64,000 nt of DNA from Ignavibacteriales bacterium (GCA_018335975.1 JAGXRH010000024.1:30738-94737), one strand, 5' to 3'; positions 28,080-39,446 are shown, counted from the stretch's first letter. Made by a program: numbers and translations. The notes: generated by a model from the letters alone, not told the origin.

Positions 28080-30506
28080 ATGAAACCCACGCTCGCATTT
28101 CTTTTTTTATCTTTATTCATTTCTACAAATCTTTTTTCACAACTCGCATCGCCGTATTATTCGCAATCGGATTTTCAATTCGTGTCTCCGGGCGCGTTCA
28201 AATTCGGATTGTACGGATATGATAATCCCGCGTTGCTTGAGTATATTGAACACCCCGATTTCCAACTGTCCGTTTCTGATGTCGGAGGAAAATGGAGCAA
28301 GTTCAATCGCTGGGGTTTATTTACCGCAGTACCGAATTTCGGTTTCGGGCTTATTCAAAATAAAGATGCCGCCGGCACTTTCAACGATTATCGTTTGTCT
28401 GCGGGTTGGGGAAACAGAAGTATGAGTAGTGGAATCGGATATAGTTGGGTACGCGGCGACAATAAGGCGTTGAGAAGAAAAGGGGTGTGGCGGTACGGCT
28501 CGTTGATTCGACCGAATAAATTTCTTTCCGTTGGACTTGTGGGAGCGTTTGCGGTTGGCAGCAATGCAAAAGAGGGCGTTATTGATGTCGGCATTCGTCC
28601 TTTCGGGAATGAAAAAGTTACGCTGTTTTCCGATTATACGTTGCAAACAAAACAAAGTGTGAAGAACGGAAACTGGAGCGCGGGAATTGCCACGGAATTG
28701 CTTGATGGTGTTCGTTTCACCGCCCGGTATTTTGATACGAAAGCGTTTTCGATTGGCTTTCAAGTCAACTTCGGCACCGATGCAGTTTCTACGCAAACAC
28801 AATTTGATAACAACGGGAAACGCGCTTCGAACACGTATTCGCTTCGCTTCGGCGCGTACGATAGAACGTTGTTCGGAACAAAGATTATGCCGCAAAAAAA
28901 ATACCTTGAACTCAATCTTCTTGGTCCTGTCAAACATCAGCGTTATACTTATTTCGACGATTCAAACACACTTTCTGATATTATTGGAAAGATTGATGCG
29001 GCGAAGGGAGATGAAAATGTTCGCGGAATCGTAATTAACGCATCGGGAATGTCCGCGCATAAAACGATGCTTTGGGAAATCCGCGAGAAGTTGAAGGAGT
29101 TCAAAACCACCGGCAAAAAAATAATCATCTACCTCGATAAACCCGATATTAACGAGTATCATTTTGCCTCCGTTGCGGATAAAATTGTGCTCGACCCCGT
29201 GGGAGTGTTGACGCTGGAGGGATTTGTTGCGGGAAGAACATTCATAAAAGGAACGCTGGATAAACTCGGAATCGGTTTTGATGAATGGCGTTTCTTTAAG
29301 TATAAATCTGCGGTGGAAAATTTCTCGCGGGAGAAAATGAGCGAAGGAGACCGGGAACAGCGGCAACGGTACGTGGATGAATTTTACCGCACCGCGCAAC
29401 ACGATATTTGCGAGGGAAGGAATATTTCCACCGAAGCATTTAATAACCTCGTTGATAATATGATAATTTTCACACCGCAGGAAGCGTTGGAAAATAAACT
29501 TGTGGATACACTCGCGCGATGGGATGTCTTGAAAGAAATCGTTGCGAACATCGAAAAAGAAGAAACAAAATTCATTGCGCCAACAGAACTTTCGCGGTTT
29601 CGTTTATCGCACGATAATGCGTGGGGAGAGCCGCCAAAGATTGCCGTCATTTATGCGCTCGGAGTTTGCGCAATGGATGAAGGAATCACCGCGCGGCAAT
29701 TAGTAAAAGATGTTGAACGTGCGACAAATGACAATCGAATTAAAGGCGTCGTCCTGCGCATAGATTCTCCCGGTGGCGACGGAATGGCTTCGGATATTAT
29801 TGCCGAGGCGTTGAAAAAGTGCAAAGCGAAAAAGCCGGTGATTATTTCTCAGAGCGCGGTTGCAGCCTCAGGCGGGTACTGGCTTTCGATGTACGGCGAT
29901 ACGATTGTCTCAACGCCAACAACGATTACCGGCTCGATCGGTGTCATTGGCGGATGGATGTATAATACAAGCTTCAAAGAATCGCTCGGCATTTCCACTG
30001 ATTTTGTGAAAGCGGGAAAACACGCAGATATTGGATTTGGAATGTCTGCGCCGTTCATTGGTACGTTAATTCCCGATAGAAATGCAACGACCGAAGAACG
30101 TGCGCGTATTGAAAGCGGCATCAAAACATTTTATAAAGAATTTGTCGGAAAGGTTGCAAGCGGAAGAAAAAAAGATGCCACGTATATTGATTCAATCGGG
30201 CAAGGGCGTGTATGGACAGGTCGCGATGCAAAAGAACGAGGGCTTGTTGATGTTCTCGGCGGATTAGAAACCGCAATCAACATTGCAAAAGAAAAAGCCG
30301 GAATTCCAACAGAACAAAATATTACCATTGTTGAACTTCCGAAACCGAAGTTATTCGATTTGGGAATTTATGTTCCGAAAATTTTTGGCATCCAGATTCC
30401 GCAGCAACCCGAAAGCGACGTACTTCACCAAATCAAATTCCGGTTAGAACATAACGGCGAAGCGATGCCGATATTGCCGTTGGAAGAAATGGAGTTTGAG
30501 AAATAG
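28080..30506 (+). CDS. sppA: Signal peptide peptidase SppA (S49) with long N-terminal extension
   Basis: KYKSAVE, RIDSPGG, AASGGYW, TGSIGV, GRVWTG; start revised to ATG 28080. Confidence 0.88.
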   Translation: MKPTLAFLFLSLFISTNLFSQLASPYYSQSDFQFVSPGAFKFGLYGYDNPALLEYIEHPDFQLSVSDVGGKWSKFNRWGLFTAVPNFGFGLIQNKDAAGTFNDYRLSAGWGNRSMSSGIGYSWVRGDNKALRRKGVWRYGSLIRPNKFLSVGLVGAFAVGSNAKEGVIDVGIRPFGNEKVTLFSDYTLQTKQSVKNGNWSAGIATELLDGVRFTARYFDTKAFSIGFQVNFGTDAVSTQTQFDNNGKRASNTYSLRFGAYDRTLFGTKIMPQKKYLELNLLGPVKHQRYTYFDDSNTLSDIIGKIDAAKGDENVRGIVINASGMSAHKTMLWEIREKLKEFKTTGKKIIIYLDKPDINEYHFASVADKIVLDPVGVLTLEGFVAGRTFIKGTLDKLGIGFDEWRFFKYKSAVENFSREKMSEGDREQRQRYVDEFYRTAQHDICEGRNISTEAFNNLVDNMIIFTPQEALENKLVDTLARWDVLKEIVANIEKEETKFIAPTELSRFRLSHDNAWGEPPKIAVIYALGVCAMDEGITARQLVKDVERATNDNRIKGVVLRIDSPGGDGMASDIIAEALKKCKAKKPVIISQSAVAASGGYWLSMYGDTIVSTPTTITGSIGVIGGWMYNTSFKESLGISTDFVKAGKHADIGFGMSAPFIGTLIPDRNATTEERARIESGIKTFYKEFVGKVASGRKKDATYIDSIGQGRVWTGRDAKERGLVDVLGGLETAINIAKEKAGIPTEQNITIVELPKPKLFDLGIYVPKIFGIQIPQQPESDVLHQIKFRLEHNGEAMPILPLEEMEFEK

Positions 30507-30509
30507 TAC

Positions 30510-31166
30510 TTGAAAACGAAAATCAAAATTTGCTGCATCCAAAATGTTGATGAAGCGAAACTTGCAATTACTTTTGGCGCATCGGCGTTGGGATTGGTGT
30601 CCAAAATGCCGAGTGGACCGGGTGTTATTTCCGAAGAAAAAATTTTAGAGATAGCGAAATCAACTCCTCCAACGATTGCAACATTTCTTCTCACCAGTTT
30701 AACGAATGCCGAAGAAATAATTTCTCAACATAACCGTTGCAGAACAAACACGATTCAGTTTGTTGATGCAATTCCTTTTGGGGAATATAAAAAAATACGA
30801 GACGCGCTTCCAGGAATATCGCTCGTCCAAGTCATTCACGTTCGCGATGAAACAGCAATTGACGAAGCGAAAGAAGTTCAACATTACATAGATGCAATTC
30901 TTCTCGATTCCGGAAATCCTAATTTGCACGTGAAAGAACTTGGCGGTACGGGACGAACACATAACTGGAACATCAGTAGAAAACTTCGGACGAGTGTAAA
31001 TGTTCCCATATTTCTTGCGGGGGGATTGAGTCCAGAAAATATCCGCGAAGCAATTGAAACCGTGTTGCCGTTTGGCGTGGATATTTGCAGCGGCGTGCGA
31101 ACGAATGGAATTTTAGATGAAGTGAAGTTAGAAAAATTTGTTGCGGCGGTCAATGCTGATTTATGA
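30510..31166 (+). CDS. trpF: Phosphoribosylanthranilate isomerase
   Basis: KIKICCI, LLDS, GGTGRTHNW, LAGGL, GVDICSGV. Confidence 0.9.
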   Translation: MKTKIKICCIQNVDEAKLAITFGASALGLVSKMPSGPGVISEEKILEIAKSTPPTIATFLLTSLTNAEEIISQHNRCRTNTIQFVDAIPFGEYKKIRDALPGISLVQVIHVRDETAIDEAKEVQHYIDAILLDSGNPNLHVKELGGTGRTHNWNISRKLRTSVNVPIFLAGGLSPENIREAIETVLPFGVDICSGVRTNGILDEVKLEKFVAAVNADL

Positions 31167-31564
31167 AAAACAACGTACGAACACTTCCCCTTCTTCTCTA
31201 CGACGGTGATTGTAGTTTTTGCAAACTATGGATTGGGCGATGGGAAGAAATTACGGGTGATAAAATTGCGTATGCTCCATTTCAAGAAGCGCGGACAGAC
31301 TTTCCCAAAATTCCGAACAACGATTTTACGAAATCGGTGCAGCTCGTTCTGCCCGATGGAGAAGTGTTATGCGGCGCGAAAGCAGTATTCACATCGCTTG
31401 CAGTGGTTCCGAACAAACAATGGATGATGTGGTGTTACGAACATCTTCCGCTGGTTCCAATAATTTCGGAAGCGCTTTATCGGTTTATTGCGCGATATCG
31501 CAAGAAACTTTACTCGCTCTCACGCTGGATAGTTCTCGGAAAAAGGAAAGTGATAGAATTGTGA
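31163..31564 (+). CDS. DCC-family thiol-disulfide oxidoreductase (DUF393)
   Basis: YDGDCSFC motif. Confidence 0.85.
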   Translation: MKNNVRTLPLLLYDGDCSFCKLWIGRWEEITGDKIAYAPFQEARTDFPKIPNNDFTKSVQLVLPDGEVLCGAKAVFTSLAVVPNKQWMMWCYEHLPLVPIISEALYRFIARYRKKLYSLSRWIVLGKRKVIEL

Positions 31565-31648
31565 GAAAATCTCTTCTTCCTTGTGATTATGCAATCGTAT
31601 CTTTTATCACGATAAATTATTCAGGAACATTCACCCGACCACAATTAT

Positions 31649-32218
31649 ATGAAACTCATTTTTCTCTTCCTTGCCGTTTCCCTTATTGGAATAATCGTGT
31701 ATTACGAACACTCCGAGACGAATGAAATGCAAGGAACACAAAACCGATTTACCGCAGACAAAAAAACAGCAGACAGTTCAGCAACAATAAAAGTTTATTC
31801 AACAGAAAAGAAAGAATTCATTATGACTGAAAAAATTACCAAAACTGACGAAGAATGGAAGGAACAATTAACGGAAGAGCAGTTTTATGTTACAAGAAAA
31901 GCGGGAACAGAACGCGCTTTCTCCGGTAAATATTGGAACAATCACGAAGAAGGAACGTACAAATGTGTGTGCTGCGGCAATGATTTGTTCGTCTCGGAAA
32001 CAAAATTTGAGTCCGGAACCGGCTGGCCAAGTTTTTATAAGCCCGTCGCCGATGAAAATGTTTCCACGAAAACGGATAAGAGTCATTTTATGGTTCGCTC
32101 TGAAGTGGTGTGTGCAAAGTGCGGCGCGCATTTAGGACACCTGTTCGATGACGGACCCGAACCAACCGGACTTCGGTATTGTATGAATTCCGCCTCCTTG
32201 AAGTTCGAGAAAAAATAA
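31649..32218 (+). CDS. msrB: Methionine-R-sulfoxide reductase with N-terminal membrane anchor
   Basis: [30 protein letters not shown]. Confidence 0.95.
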   Translation: MKLIFLFLAVSLIGIIVYYEHSETNEMQGTQNRFTADKKTADSSATIKVYSTEKKEFIMTEKITKTDEEWKEQLTEEQFYVTRKAGTERAFSGKYWNNHEEGTYKCVCCGNDLFVSETKFESGTGWPSFYKPVADENVSTKTDKSHFMVRSEVVCAKCGAHLGHLFDDGPEPTGLRYCMNSASLKFEKK

Positions 32219-32304
32219 TTTTTTCAATTTCTCAATCCTTTCCGTTTCATTGATAAATTTGTAATTTCTCCCGTGAAAATTACAAACAAAATCAACTTCC
32301 TCCT

Positions 32305-33771
32305 ATGAAACGGATTTACTTTTTCCTCTCGCTCATTCTCTTTATACAGAATGAACTTTATCCGCAAACATTAAACTTTCCGGTAGATACCATTGCCCGC
32401 GATGATTTTTATAATTACCGCAGTATGATAAAACACGATGCGAACGGGAAATTGCACATCGCCAATTCGCGCCAACTCGGAACAAACAGCAACACCCGCG
32501 AAGTATTTTACCGAACGAATATTCCCGGACATTTTGACACAACGCAACTTTCCGATAATGCAATTGATGATAATTACGCAACCTTTGATTTCGACGGAAG
32601 CGGAAACGTTCACGTCGGCTGGGAACGACGAGATGGAAATAATAATTTTCAGGTTATCTATTCTAATAACATAACCGATACGTTTGCGACCCCGGTTTGG
32701 ATTACGGCTGGCGGATTGAACAAGGCGACACCGTCAATCGCCGTTGGAAAAGATAGTCTCGCGCATTTTGTATATCTCACGTTTGTAACCGGACAGGATT
32801 CTGCATTCTATCGCTCGTATAATTTCATCACGAACACTCTTGGAGCAGTAATAAATCTTGGCGCAATGGAAGCAAGCAGTGAAAATGATATCGAGGTCGC
32901 GGTAGATTCCAACAATCACGTCCATATAGTTTTTGCTACCAATGGTGCTTTAAGCACGAGTGCACTGAAATATTTCAACAACGAAAATGGAACGCTCGTA
33001 GAAATTTCTACGGGACTCACTTCGAACGTTGAGTATCCCGATATGATGATTGATAAACATAACACTTTGCATATTATCTATCGTTCTGCTGCCGATAAGA
33101 GAATTTATACATTGTCGAAATCATCGGGAGGAAATTTGTCTTCGCCCGAACCGGTTACACCCGCTAACATTGGCTTTCCATCATATTGGCGGGCGTTTGA
33201 TGTGGATGACGAAGGACAGTTGTACGTTACCTACCAGAACAGTCAAAGCAGCGCGGCGAAAGGAATTTTTCTTGTCCACGGGAAAAACGGAAATTACAGC
33301 GCGCCGATTCTTGTGTTTGAAGATAGCAGCGGTCAGTATATTACGCGCGGTTCATCTTCCGTAGCCGCAAGAGGAAACGGCGACATTGCTGTTCTGTTCG
33401 ATGTTGCCGGCTCGCGAAGCGGTCAGGTATTTTCCGATATTTTTTTGAAAAGAGGCACGCTCGTTTTCACCGATGTTGATGAGGAAGAAAATGTATTGCC
33501 GGATATTTTTATCACGCTCGAGAATTATCCCAACCCGTTTAATCCAACAACGACAATACGATATACCGTCAACGAGCCCCAATTCACGACGCTCAAGGTG
33601 TATGATATTCTCGGAAACGAAATCGCGACACTCGTCAATCAATTTCAACAACGGGGCGTTTATTCGGTTAAATGGGATGCAACCCGATACGCCGGGACAA
33701 GTGGATTATATTTTTCGCATCTTAAAGTTGGTCAGAAAACCACAACGACAAAAATGTTATTGACCCGCTGA
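32305..33771 (+). CDS. Secreted beta-propeller-like protein with T9SS type A C-terminal domain
   Basis: Signal peptide, repeated D-x-x-G/N-x-x-H-I/V blades, NYPNPFNPTTTIRY...KMLL. Confidence 0.85.
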   Translation: MKRIYFFLSLILFIQNELYPQTLNFPVDTIARDDFYNYRSMIKHDANGKLHIANSRQLGTNSNTREVFYRTNIPGHFDTTQLSDNAIDDNYATFDFDGSGNVHVGWERRDGNNNFQVIYSNNITDTFATPVWITAGGLNKATPSIAVGKDSLAHFVYLTFVTGQDSAFYRSYNFITNTLGAVINLGAMEASSENDIEVAVDSNNHVHIVFATNGALSTSALKYFNNENGTLVEISTGLTSNVEYPDMMIDKHNTLHIIYRSAADKRIYTLSKSSGGNLSSPEPVTPANIGFPSYWRAFDVDDEGQLYVTYQNSQSSAAKGIFLVHGKNGNYSAPILVFEDSSGQYITRGSSSVAARGNGDIAVLFDVAGSRSGQVFSDIFLKRGTLVFTDVDEEENVLPDIFITLENYPNPFNPTTTIRYTVNEPQFTTLKVYDILGNEIATLVNQFQQRGVYSVKWDATRYAGTSGLYFSHLKVGQKTTTTKMLLTR

Positions 33772-33849
33772 AACTTTTAAAACAGTACTCTTGTTTCTTT
33801 TCCTGTTCAACAATTACTCAATTAGCGAAGAGAACAATACACCAACCGT

Positions 33850-34707
33850 ATGCACGACCCAAAACAACTACCGTACTTGATAAATCTGCTTGACGACGAA
33901 TCGGAAATCGTGAATGAATACGTTTTCAAAGAGCTCGCTTCGTTTGGAATTACGTTGGAGAATGAACTTGCAAAACAACGAATAGTACTTTCCTCTCCGC
34001 AACGGGATGTACTGCAGAAGCAATTGGGAGAATACAATCGTTCGTGGCTGAAAGAACAATGGCTTTCGTGGTCTGAGATGCAAGAGGATAAAAAGAAACT
34101 GGAATCGGTGATGCAACTTCTCGCGGAGTTTCAACTCGGAAGAGATTATCCCCTCAAATTGGAATCGTTGCTTGATGTACTCGCCGAAGAATACAAAAAA
34201 TCTTTTTCCTTCAATGACCCCATCGTGCTTGCACACTTTTTATTTTCAAAAAAAGAACTGAAGGGAACAGAAGAAGATTATTACAATCCGTTGAACAGTA
34301 ATCTGGTGTACGTTATTGAAAAACAACGTGGCATTCCGTTAAGTCTTGCCTGTGTGTACATTCTCGTTGCGTACAGATTAGGCGTGAGCGTGGAAGGATG
34401 TAATTTCCCCGGACACTTTCTTGCAATTGCCTCTACCGAGCATAATAAATTTTTGGTGGATTGTTTCAACGGCGGGCGGCTTGTTACCGGCGATGATTTT
34501 CTTGTTTTCCAAAATGCCGCCCCGATGGCATTTGATACCGTTATGCAATTACAGTGCGACGCAACGACGATGATTGCGCGTTCGCTACGAAATCTTGCCG
34601 GCGCATATCAACAAGCGGGTGATGAGGAGAATGCGATGTGTATGATTGACCTTCTTGAAACAATAATGCCGGACGAATTCAAGAACGATGAGGAAGACGA
34701 TGAATAA
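33850..34707 (+). CDS. SirB1/transglutaminase-like protein
   Basis: LLDD N-terminus, YYNPLNS, RGIPLSL, NFPGHF, DCFNGG. Confidence 0.85.
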   Translation: MHDPKQLPYLINLLDDESEIVNEYVFKELASFGITLENELAKQRIVLSSPQRDVLQKQLGEYNRSWLKEQWLSWSEMQEDKKKLESVMQLLAEFQLGRDYPLKLESLLDVLAEEYKKSFSFNDPIVLAHFLFSKKELKGTEEDYYNPLNSNLVYVIEKQRGIPLSLACVYILVAYRLGVSVEGCNFPGHFLAIASTEHNKFLVDCFNGGRLVTGDDFLVFQNAAPMAFDTVMQLQCDATTMIARSLRNLAGAYQQAGDEENAMCMIDLLETIMPDEFKNDEEDDE

Positions 34708-34716
34708 ATAACCGCA

Positions 34717-35130
34717 TCATTCTTTCCGCTTTCCCATTCCTTTCTTCGTTTCCTGTTTTTTTTCTGATTCTTTGGTATCCAAATTATGTACCGCGTCCCG
34801 GAGTTTTTTTGCTTTTGCCATTAATTCAAACAGGGTTTTCTCCGGGTCGAAGTCTTCATCTTTTTCAAAATCATCTTCGTCGAATGCTTCATACGCGCCG
34901 GTCAGGTTTTGCATCATTCTGTCCGTTGTTTGTTTCAAACGCTCCGCGAGAACTTCGGCAGAGAGCTCTTTTTTACTGACGAGAGTCATTGTCGTTGGTC
35001 TATCGCAAAAACGACAAACGGGCTTGTCAAGTTCGGTATAACCGGAATCCATCTTGCATTTTTCGCAAAGATAGATGCACATAAATTGTGGTTTTTGTTT
35101 TGTGGTTTGAGAAGTTTTCTTTGTTGGCAT
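34717..35130 (-). CDS. Hypothetical protein with two CxxC pairs
   Basis: CEKC...CRFC, then helical acidic region. Confidence 0.6.
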   Translation of the reverse strand: MPTKKTSQTTKQKPQFMCIYLCEKCKMDSGYTELDKPVCRFCDRPTTMTLVSKKELSAEVLAERLKQTTDRMMQNLTGAYEAFDEDDFEKDEDFDPEKTLFELMAKAKKLRDAVHNLDTKESEKKQETKKGMGKRKE

Positions 35131-35190
35131 ACGTAATGATTTGTTAAAAAATTTGTTTCAAAAATTGCAAAGGGATTGTGAAAAGAAAAA

Positions 35191-36303
35191 TCAGAATATC
35201 ATTTTCTCCACGTACCGCGCAATGGCAGGCGATGATGATAATCCGGGCGATTCGATACCGATTAAATTGATAAATCCCTCCAGTCCCCGTTCTTTTTCAT
35301 GCACAATCACAAAATCTCTTTGCGGCTCCCCCATTTTTTGTAACTTCGGACGAATACCGGACATATCGGGATAAATATCATCTTCAGTAATGGAGGGAAT
35401 CATTCGCTGAATTGCTTTGGAGAAATCGCTTCGTTTTTTTTCATCAACGGTATAACCAATAGTATTCTTTGAAAGATATTCCAGGTCGGGACCGAATTTC
35501 AATCGCCCTCCCAAATCAAGCAATGCATGGACTCCCAGCGTTTCAACCAGAGGCACAGGATACACGAGCCGCGAAATGAGTTTGCTTTTCGAAGGCGTGA
35601 CAGCAAAGTACGAACCTTTGCAATACGTGAGACGATATTTTGCACCGTCAATATCAATACCCGCCATTCCGGCAATTCTATCGGAAAATAATCCCGCGGC
35701 GTTGATTATTTTTTCGGACGTGAACGAAGACCGATTTCCATTTTCCTTCACAAAAATTTTGTAGCCCGAAGAGATTTTTTCGATGCCAACCACCTCGCAA
35801 TTGTGCTGAAGTGTTGCGCCATTATTCTTTATCGAATGAAAAAAATAATCCATCAACCCGTGAACGCTGATTATTCCGGTAGAAGGCGAAAAAATAGAAG
35901 CGACCGCCGTGATATCTGGCTCCAGTTTATTTGTCTCCTTTGCATCAAGCATTTGCAATTCAACACCGTTTGCCATTCCATTGTGGTACAATAATTCTAG
36001 TGTTGGGATTTCGGATTCCGAAGTTGCAATAATAATTTTAGTAATTTGTTTGTGCGCTATGTTGTTTTCCAAACAGATGCTGTACAATTCATTCTTTCCT
36101 TCGACGCAAAGTTTCGCTTTCAGCGAGTCCGGTGGATAGTAAATTCCAGCGTGGATTACTTCGCTGTTGCGACTCGATGTCTCCATTCCGTACTTTTCAT
36201 TTTTTTCCAGCACGGCAACGCGCGAACTTTTCTGCGATAATCGAGATGCGATTGCAAGCCCGACAACCCCGGCGCCGATTATTGTTACTTCTACATCATT
36301 CAT
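35191..36303 (-). CDS. FAD-dependent oxidoreductase, L-2-hydroxyglutarate oxidase-like
   Basis: [34 protein letters not shown]. Confidence 0.88.
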   Translation of the reverse strand: MNDVEVTIIGAGVVGLAIASRLSQKSSRVAVLEKNEKYGMETSSRNSEVIHAGIYYPPDSLKAKLCVEGKNELYSICLENNIAHKQITKIIIATSESEIPTLELLYHNGMANGVELQMLDAKETNKLEPDITAVASIFSPSTGIISVHGLMDYFFHSIKNNGATLQHNCEVVGIEKISSGYKIFVKENGNRSSFTSEKIINAAGLFSDRIAGMAGIDIDGAKYRLTYCKGSYFAVTPSKSKLISRLVYPVPLVETLGVHALLDLGGRLKFGPDLEYLSKNTIGYTVDEKKRSDFSKAIQRMIPSITEDDIYPDMSGIRPKLQKMGEPQRDFVIVHEKERGLEGFINLIGIESPGLSSSPAIARYVEKMIF

Positions 36304-36394
36304 AATTTTTCAGCGTGAAATTATAGAAAATTCCCGAAAGGTTTTATATTGTGCCACAAAAAAAATTTTAACTTTTAACGGAAAGAATAAATCT

Positions 36395-36709
36395 ATGCTT
36401 ATCGTAACAACCAATACCCTCGAAGGAAAGAAAATTACCAAATACATTTCCATTGTAACCGGCGAAGCAATTCTCGGCGTAAACATTTTCAAAGATTTTT
36501 TTGCGAACATTCGCGATATTGTTGGTGGGCGTGCCGGCGCGTACGAAACAGAACTTCGGAAAGCCAAAGACATCGCGATTCAAGAAATGGAAATGCAAGC
36601 GCAACATCTCGGTGCTAATGCGGTCATCGGCGTTGACCTCGATTACGAAACTATTTCCGACAGTATGCTGATGGTCAGCGTGAGCGGGACTGCCGTTGTC
36701 GTTGAATAG
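36395..36709 (+). CDS. YbjQ/UPF0145 family protein
   Basis: [25 protein letters not shown]; start ATG 36395. Confidence 0.92.
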   Translation: MLIVTTNTLEGKKITKYISIVTGEAILGVNIFKDFFANIRDIVGGRAGAYETELRKAKDIAIQEMEMQAQHLGANAVIGVDLDYETISDSMLMVSVSGTAVVVE

Positions 36710-36713
36710 AAAA

Positions 36714-37502
36714 ATGTCGCAAAAAATATTTCAAGTAGATTCCTTTACCAATATTCCATTCAAAGGAAATCCTGCTGGCGTTTGCATTTTAAATTTACCG
36801 CGCGAAGAACAATGGATGCAAGACGTTGCGCGCGAAATGAATCTTTCTGAAACGGCATTTCTTGTAAAACAAAATGATGGTTATAATCTTCGCTGGTTCA
36901 CGCCAACGATGGAAGTTGAATTATGCGGACACGCAACTCTTGCAAGCGCGCATATTTTGTGGGAAGAAGAACATTTGCAACTGAGTGAGAAAGCAATTTT
37001 TCATACCCAAAGCGGATTACTGACGGCAATGAAAAACGGCGTATGGATTGAACTTGATTTTCCCGCACTTGAAAATGAAGAATTACTTTCCTTCCCGGAA
37101 CTGGCAAGCGCATTGAGAACAAAAGCAATCTATATTGGTAAAAGCGTATTCGATTATATCGTCGAAGTAGAATCCGAAGAAGTTGTAAGAAATTTAAAAC
37201 CCGATTTTGTTTCACTCGGAAAAATTCCCGGTCGCGGCGCAATAGTTACCGCAACATCCGATACAAATGAATACGATTTCGTCTCACGCTATTTTGCCCC
37301 GCAATATGGAATTGACGAAGACCCCGTAACCGGCTCTGCGCATTGTTGCCTTGCAGTATATTGGAAAAACAAATTGCACAAAACGGAAATGATTGGGTAT
37401 CAAGCATCGTCGCGTGGTGGAATTGTAAAAGTAAACGTTGATGGTAACCGCGTAAAACTTAGCGGACAAACAGTAACAGTTATGAAAGGTGTACTTCTAT
37501 GA
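36714..37502 (+). CDS. PhzF-family isomerase
   Basis: GNPAGV, NLSETAF, LCGHATLA, EDPVTGSAHC. Confidence 0.93.
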   Translation: MSQKIFQVDSFTNIPFKGNPAGVCILNLPREEQWMQDVAREMNLSETAFLVKQNDGYNLRWFTPTMEVELCGHATLASAHILWEEEHLQLSEKAIFHTQSGLLTAMKNGVWIELDFPALENEELLSFPELASALRTKAIYIGKSVFDYIVEVESEEVVRNLKPDFVSLGKIPGRGAIVTATSDTNEYDFVSRYFAPQYGIDEDPVTGSAHCCLAVYWKNKLHKTEMIGYQASSRGGIVKVNVDGNRVKLSGQTVTVMKGVLL

Positions 37503-38653
37503 AAAAAATTCTCATTCTCGGCGCGGGCTTTGGCGGTTTAACGCTCGCATCCGAACTCGATATTCTTGCAAAAGAAAAAAAAACCGGAGTTACACTGATT
37601 GATAAGAGCCCAACATTCTCAATGGGATTTTCGACGCAGTGGGCAATGATGGGACGAAGAACGGTTGATGAAGGAACGCGGAGTTATTCTTCACTGAAAG
37701 CGAAATACGTACAATTTGTCTGCGAGGAAATCATTGCTATCAACGCGAAAGAAAATTTTGTTCAAACAACATCGCAAACATTGAGTTACGATTATCTCGT
37801 TCTTGCCCTCGGAGCGGAACTTGCACCCGAACGCATTCACGGGCTTTCTGAATGTTCATATAATTTATGCGATGCAAACTCCGTTCTTCAGTTGAAATCT
37901 GCGCTTCATACCATAACTGAAGGAACGATTGGTATTTGTATTTCTTCCGTTCCGTTCAAATGTCCGCCCGCACCGTACGAATATGCTTTTCTTATTGACG
38001 ACTTGTTATCAAAACGTGGCGTGAGAAAAAATATTCGCATCGTCGTAACAACACCGGAACCACAGCCAATGCCTGTTGCTGGAAAAATTGTCGGCGAACA
38101 GGTTGTGCAAATGTTACGCGAGCGACGCATTGAATATTTCCCCTTGCATAAACCAATGAAGTTCGATTCCGCGCAGAAGAAAATTCATTTTGAAAACAAC
38201 GCAGAAATTTCTTTTGATATTCTTGGTGCGATGTTTCCACATCAATCCCCAAAAGTTGTGCGCGATGCCGGATTAACTGACGCAAGCGGATTTGTTTTTA
38301 CCGATGTTCACACGATGAAAACTTCAGTCGAAAATATTTTTGCTGTCGGCGATTGTGCAATGTTTAAACTTCCAAACGGAAATCCACACCCCAAAGCCGG
38401 AGTGTTTGCAGAGGAACAAGCAAAGGTAGTAGCAAAAAATATTCTTGCAGAATTCAACGGCGAATCACGTGCGAACTACGAAGGGAGAGGAACGTGTTTT
38501 ATTGACGCGGGAAACGAACAAGCCGCATCCGCTGAAGCATACTTACTTTCACCCGAAGGACCAAAGTTTACTCTTCATCCTCCTTCATCAGATGGAATTG
38601 AAGGAAAGAAACTTTTCGAACGGACTCGTTTTCAGAATTGGTTTGGAGAATAA
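37499..38653 (+). CDS. Sulfide:quinone oxidoreductase-like flavoprotein
   Basis: GAGFGG, KCPPAPYE, AVGDC, PKAGVFA, GTCF. Confidence 0.8.
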   Translation: MKKILILGAGFGGLTLASELDILAKEKKTGVTLIDKSPTFSMGFSTQWAMMGRRTVDEGTRSYSSLKAKYVQFVCEEIIAINAKENFVQTTSQTLSYDYLVLALGAELAPERIHGLSECSYNLCDANSVLQLKSALHTITEGTIGICISSVPFKCPPAPYEYAFLIDDLLSKRGVRKNIRIVVTTPEPQPMPVAGKIVGEQVVQMLRERRIEYFPLHKPMKFDSAQKKIHFENNAEISFDILGAMFPHQSPKVVRDAGLTDASGFVFTDVHTMKTSVENIFAVGDCAMFKLPNGNPHPKAGVFAEEQAKVVAKNILAEFNGESRANYEGRGTCFIDAGNEQAASAEAYLLSPEGPKFTLHPPSSDGIEGKKLFERTRFQNWFGE

Positions 38654-38657
38654 TATA

Positions 38658-38828
38658 ATGGAGCACCAAAACATTTCGTCCGGAACACAATGGGAGAGAG
38701 TTGGGAAAGCGCACGGAGAATTTTTCGGCAATATTCGTCCCGCAACCTCGATGATGGAAGTGAGCAAATTGATTCTACCGGAAATGCTTGTTGAGATTGA
38801 AGCGGAAGCGATAATTTCTGAAGAGTAG
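38658..38828 (+). pseudogene. RidA/YjgF-family gene with a large in-frame internal deletion
   Basis: 56 aa joining N-terminal QNISSGTQWE to C-terminal VGKAHGEFFGNIRPATSM...LVEIEAEA. Confidence 0.75.
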
Positions 38829-38894
38829 AAAATTTGATTTCGGCTAAAATATTTTTACTTTTGAACACATAAAATTTATAGAAAGAAACCCACG

Positions 38895-39344
38895 ATGGCT
38901 ACTGTAAAAAGTTTAATTCAAAATCGTCCTGTCATTGTATTGCAGCGGGACGCCACTGTTTTTGAAGCCGCACAAATTATGGCGGAAAAAAATATCGGCG
39001 CAATTCCTATTCTCGACGGAACACGGCTCGTAGGAATTTTTTCCGAACGCGATATTATTACGCGTGTTGTAACGAAAGAACTCAATCCCAAAACAGTACG
39101 CGTGGAGAGCGTAATGACGAAAGACCTCATCATAGCCGATGCAAATGAAAGCGAAGAAGCGTGTTTGGTGAAAATGAAATCGGCAAACTGTCGCCATCTT
39201 CCTGTTGTTTCCGGCGAATCGTTGCTCGGAATACTTTCCCTCCGCGACCTCCTGCAAGCAGAAATTTTCGACCGCGAACAAATGGTGGAATACCTTTCCG
39301 GTTACATTTTCCACCTTCCTCCCGACTCTGTAACGAAAAAATGA
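38895..39344 (+). CDS. Stand-alone CBS-pair protein
   Basis: LVGIFSERD, RHLPVV, GILSLRDL. Confidence 0.92.
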   Translation: MATVKSLIQNRPVIVLQRDATVFEAAQIMAEKNIGAIPILDGTRLVGIFSERDIITRVVTKELNPKTVRVESVMTKDLIIADANESEEACLVKMKSANCRHLPVVSGESLLGILSLRDLLQAEIFDREQMVEYLSGYIFHLPPDSVTKK

Positions 39345-39446
39345 GAGGGAAAGAATTTTCCGCTCATTTAATTTGCAATTTCTTCCTTCGTATCTTTTTG
39401 CCCGAAATTTTATTTCACGGCGATTATTATTCATTCAACAACATTT

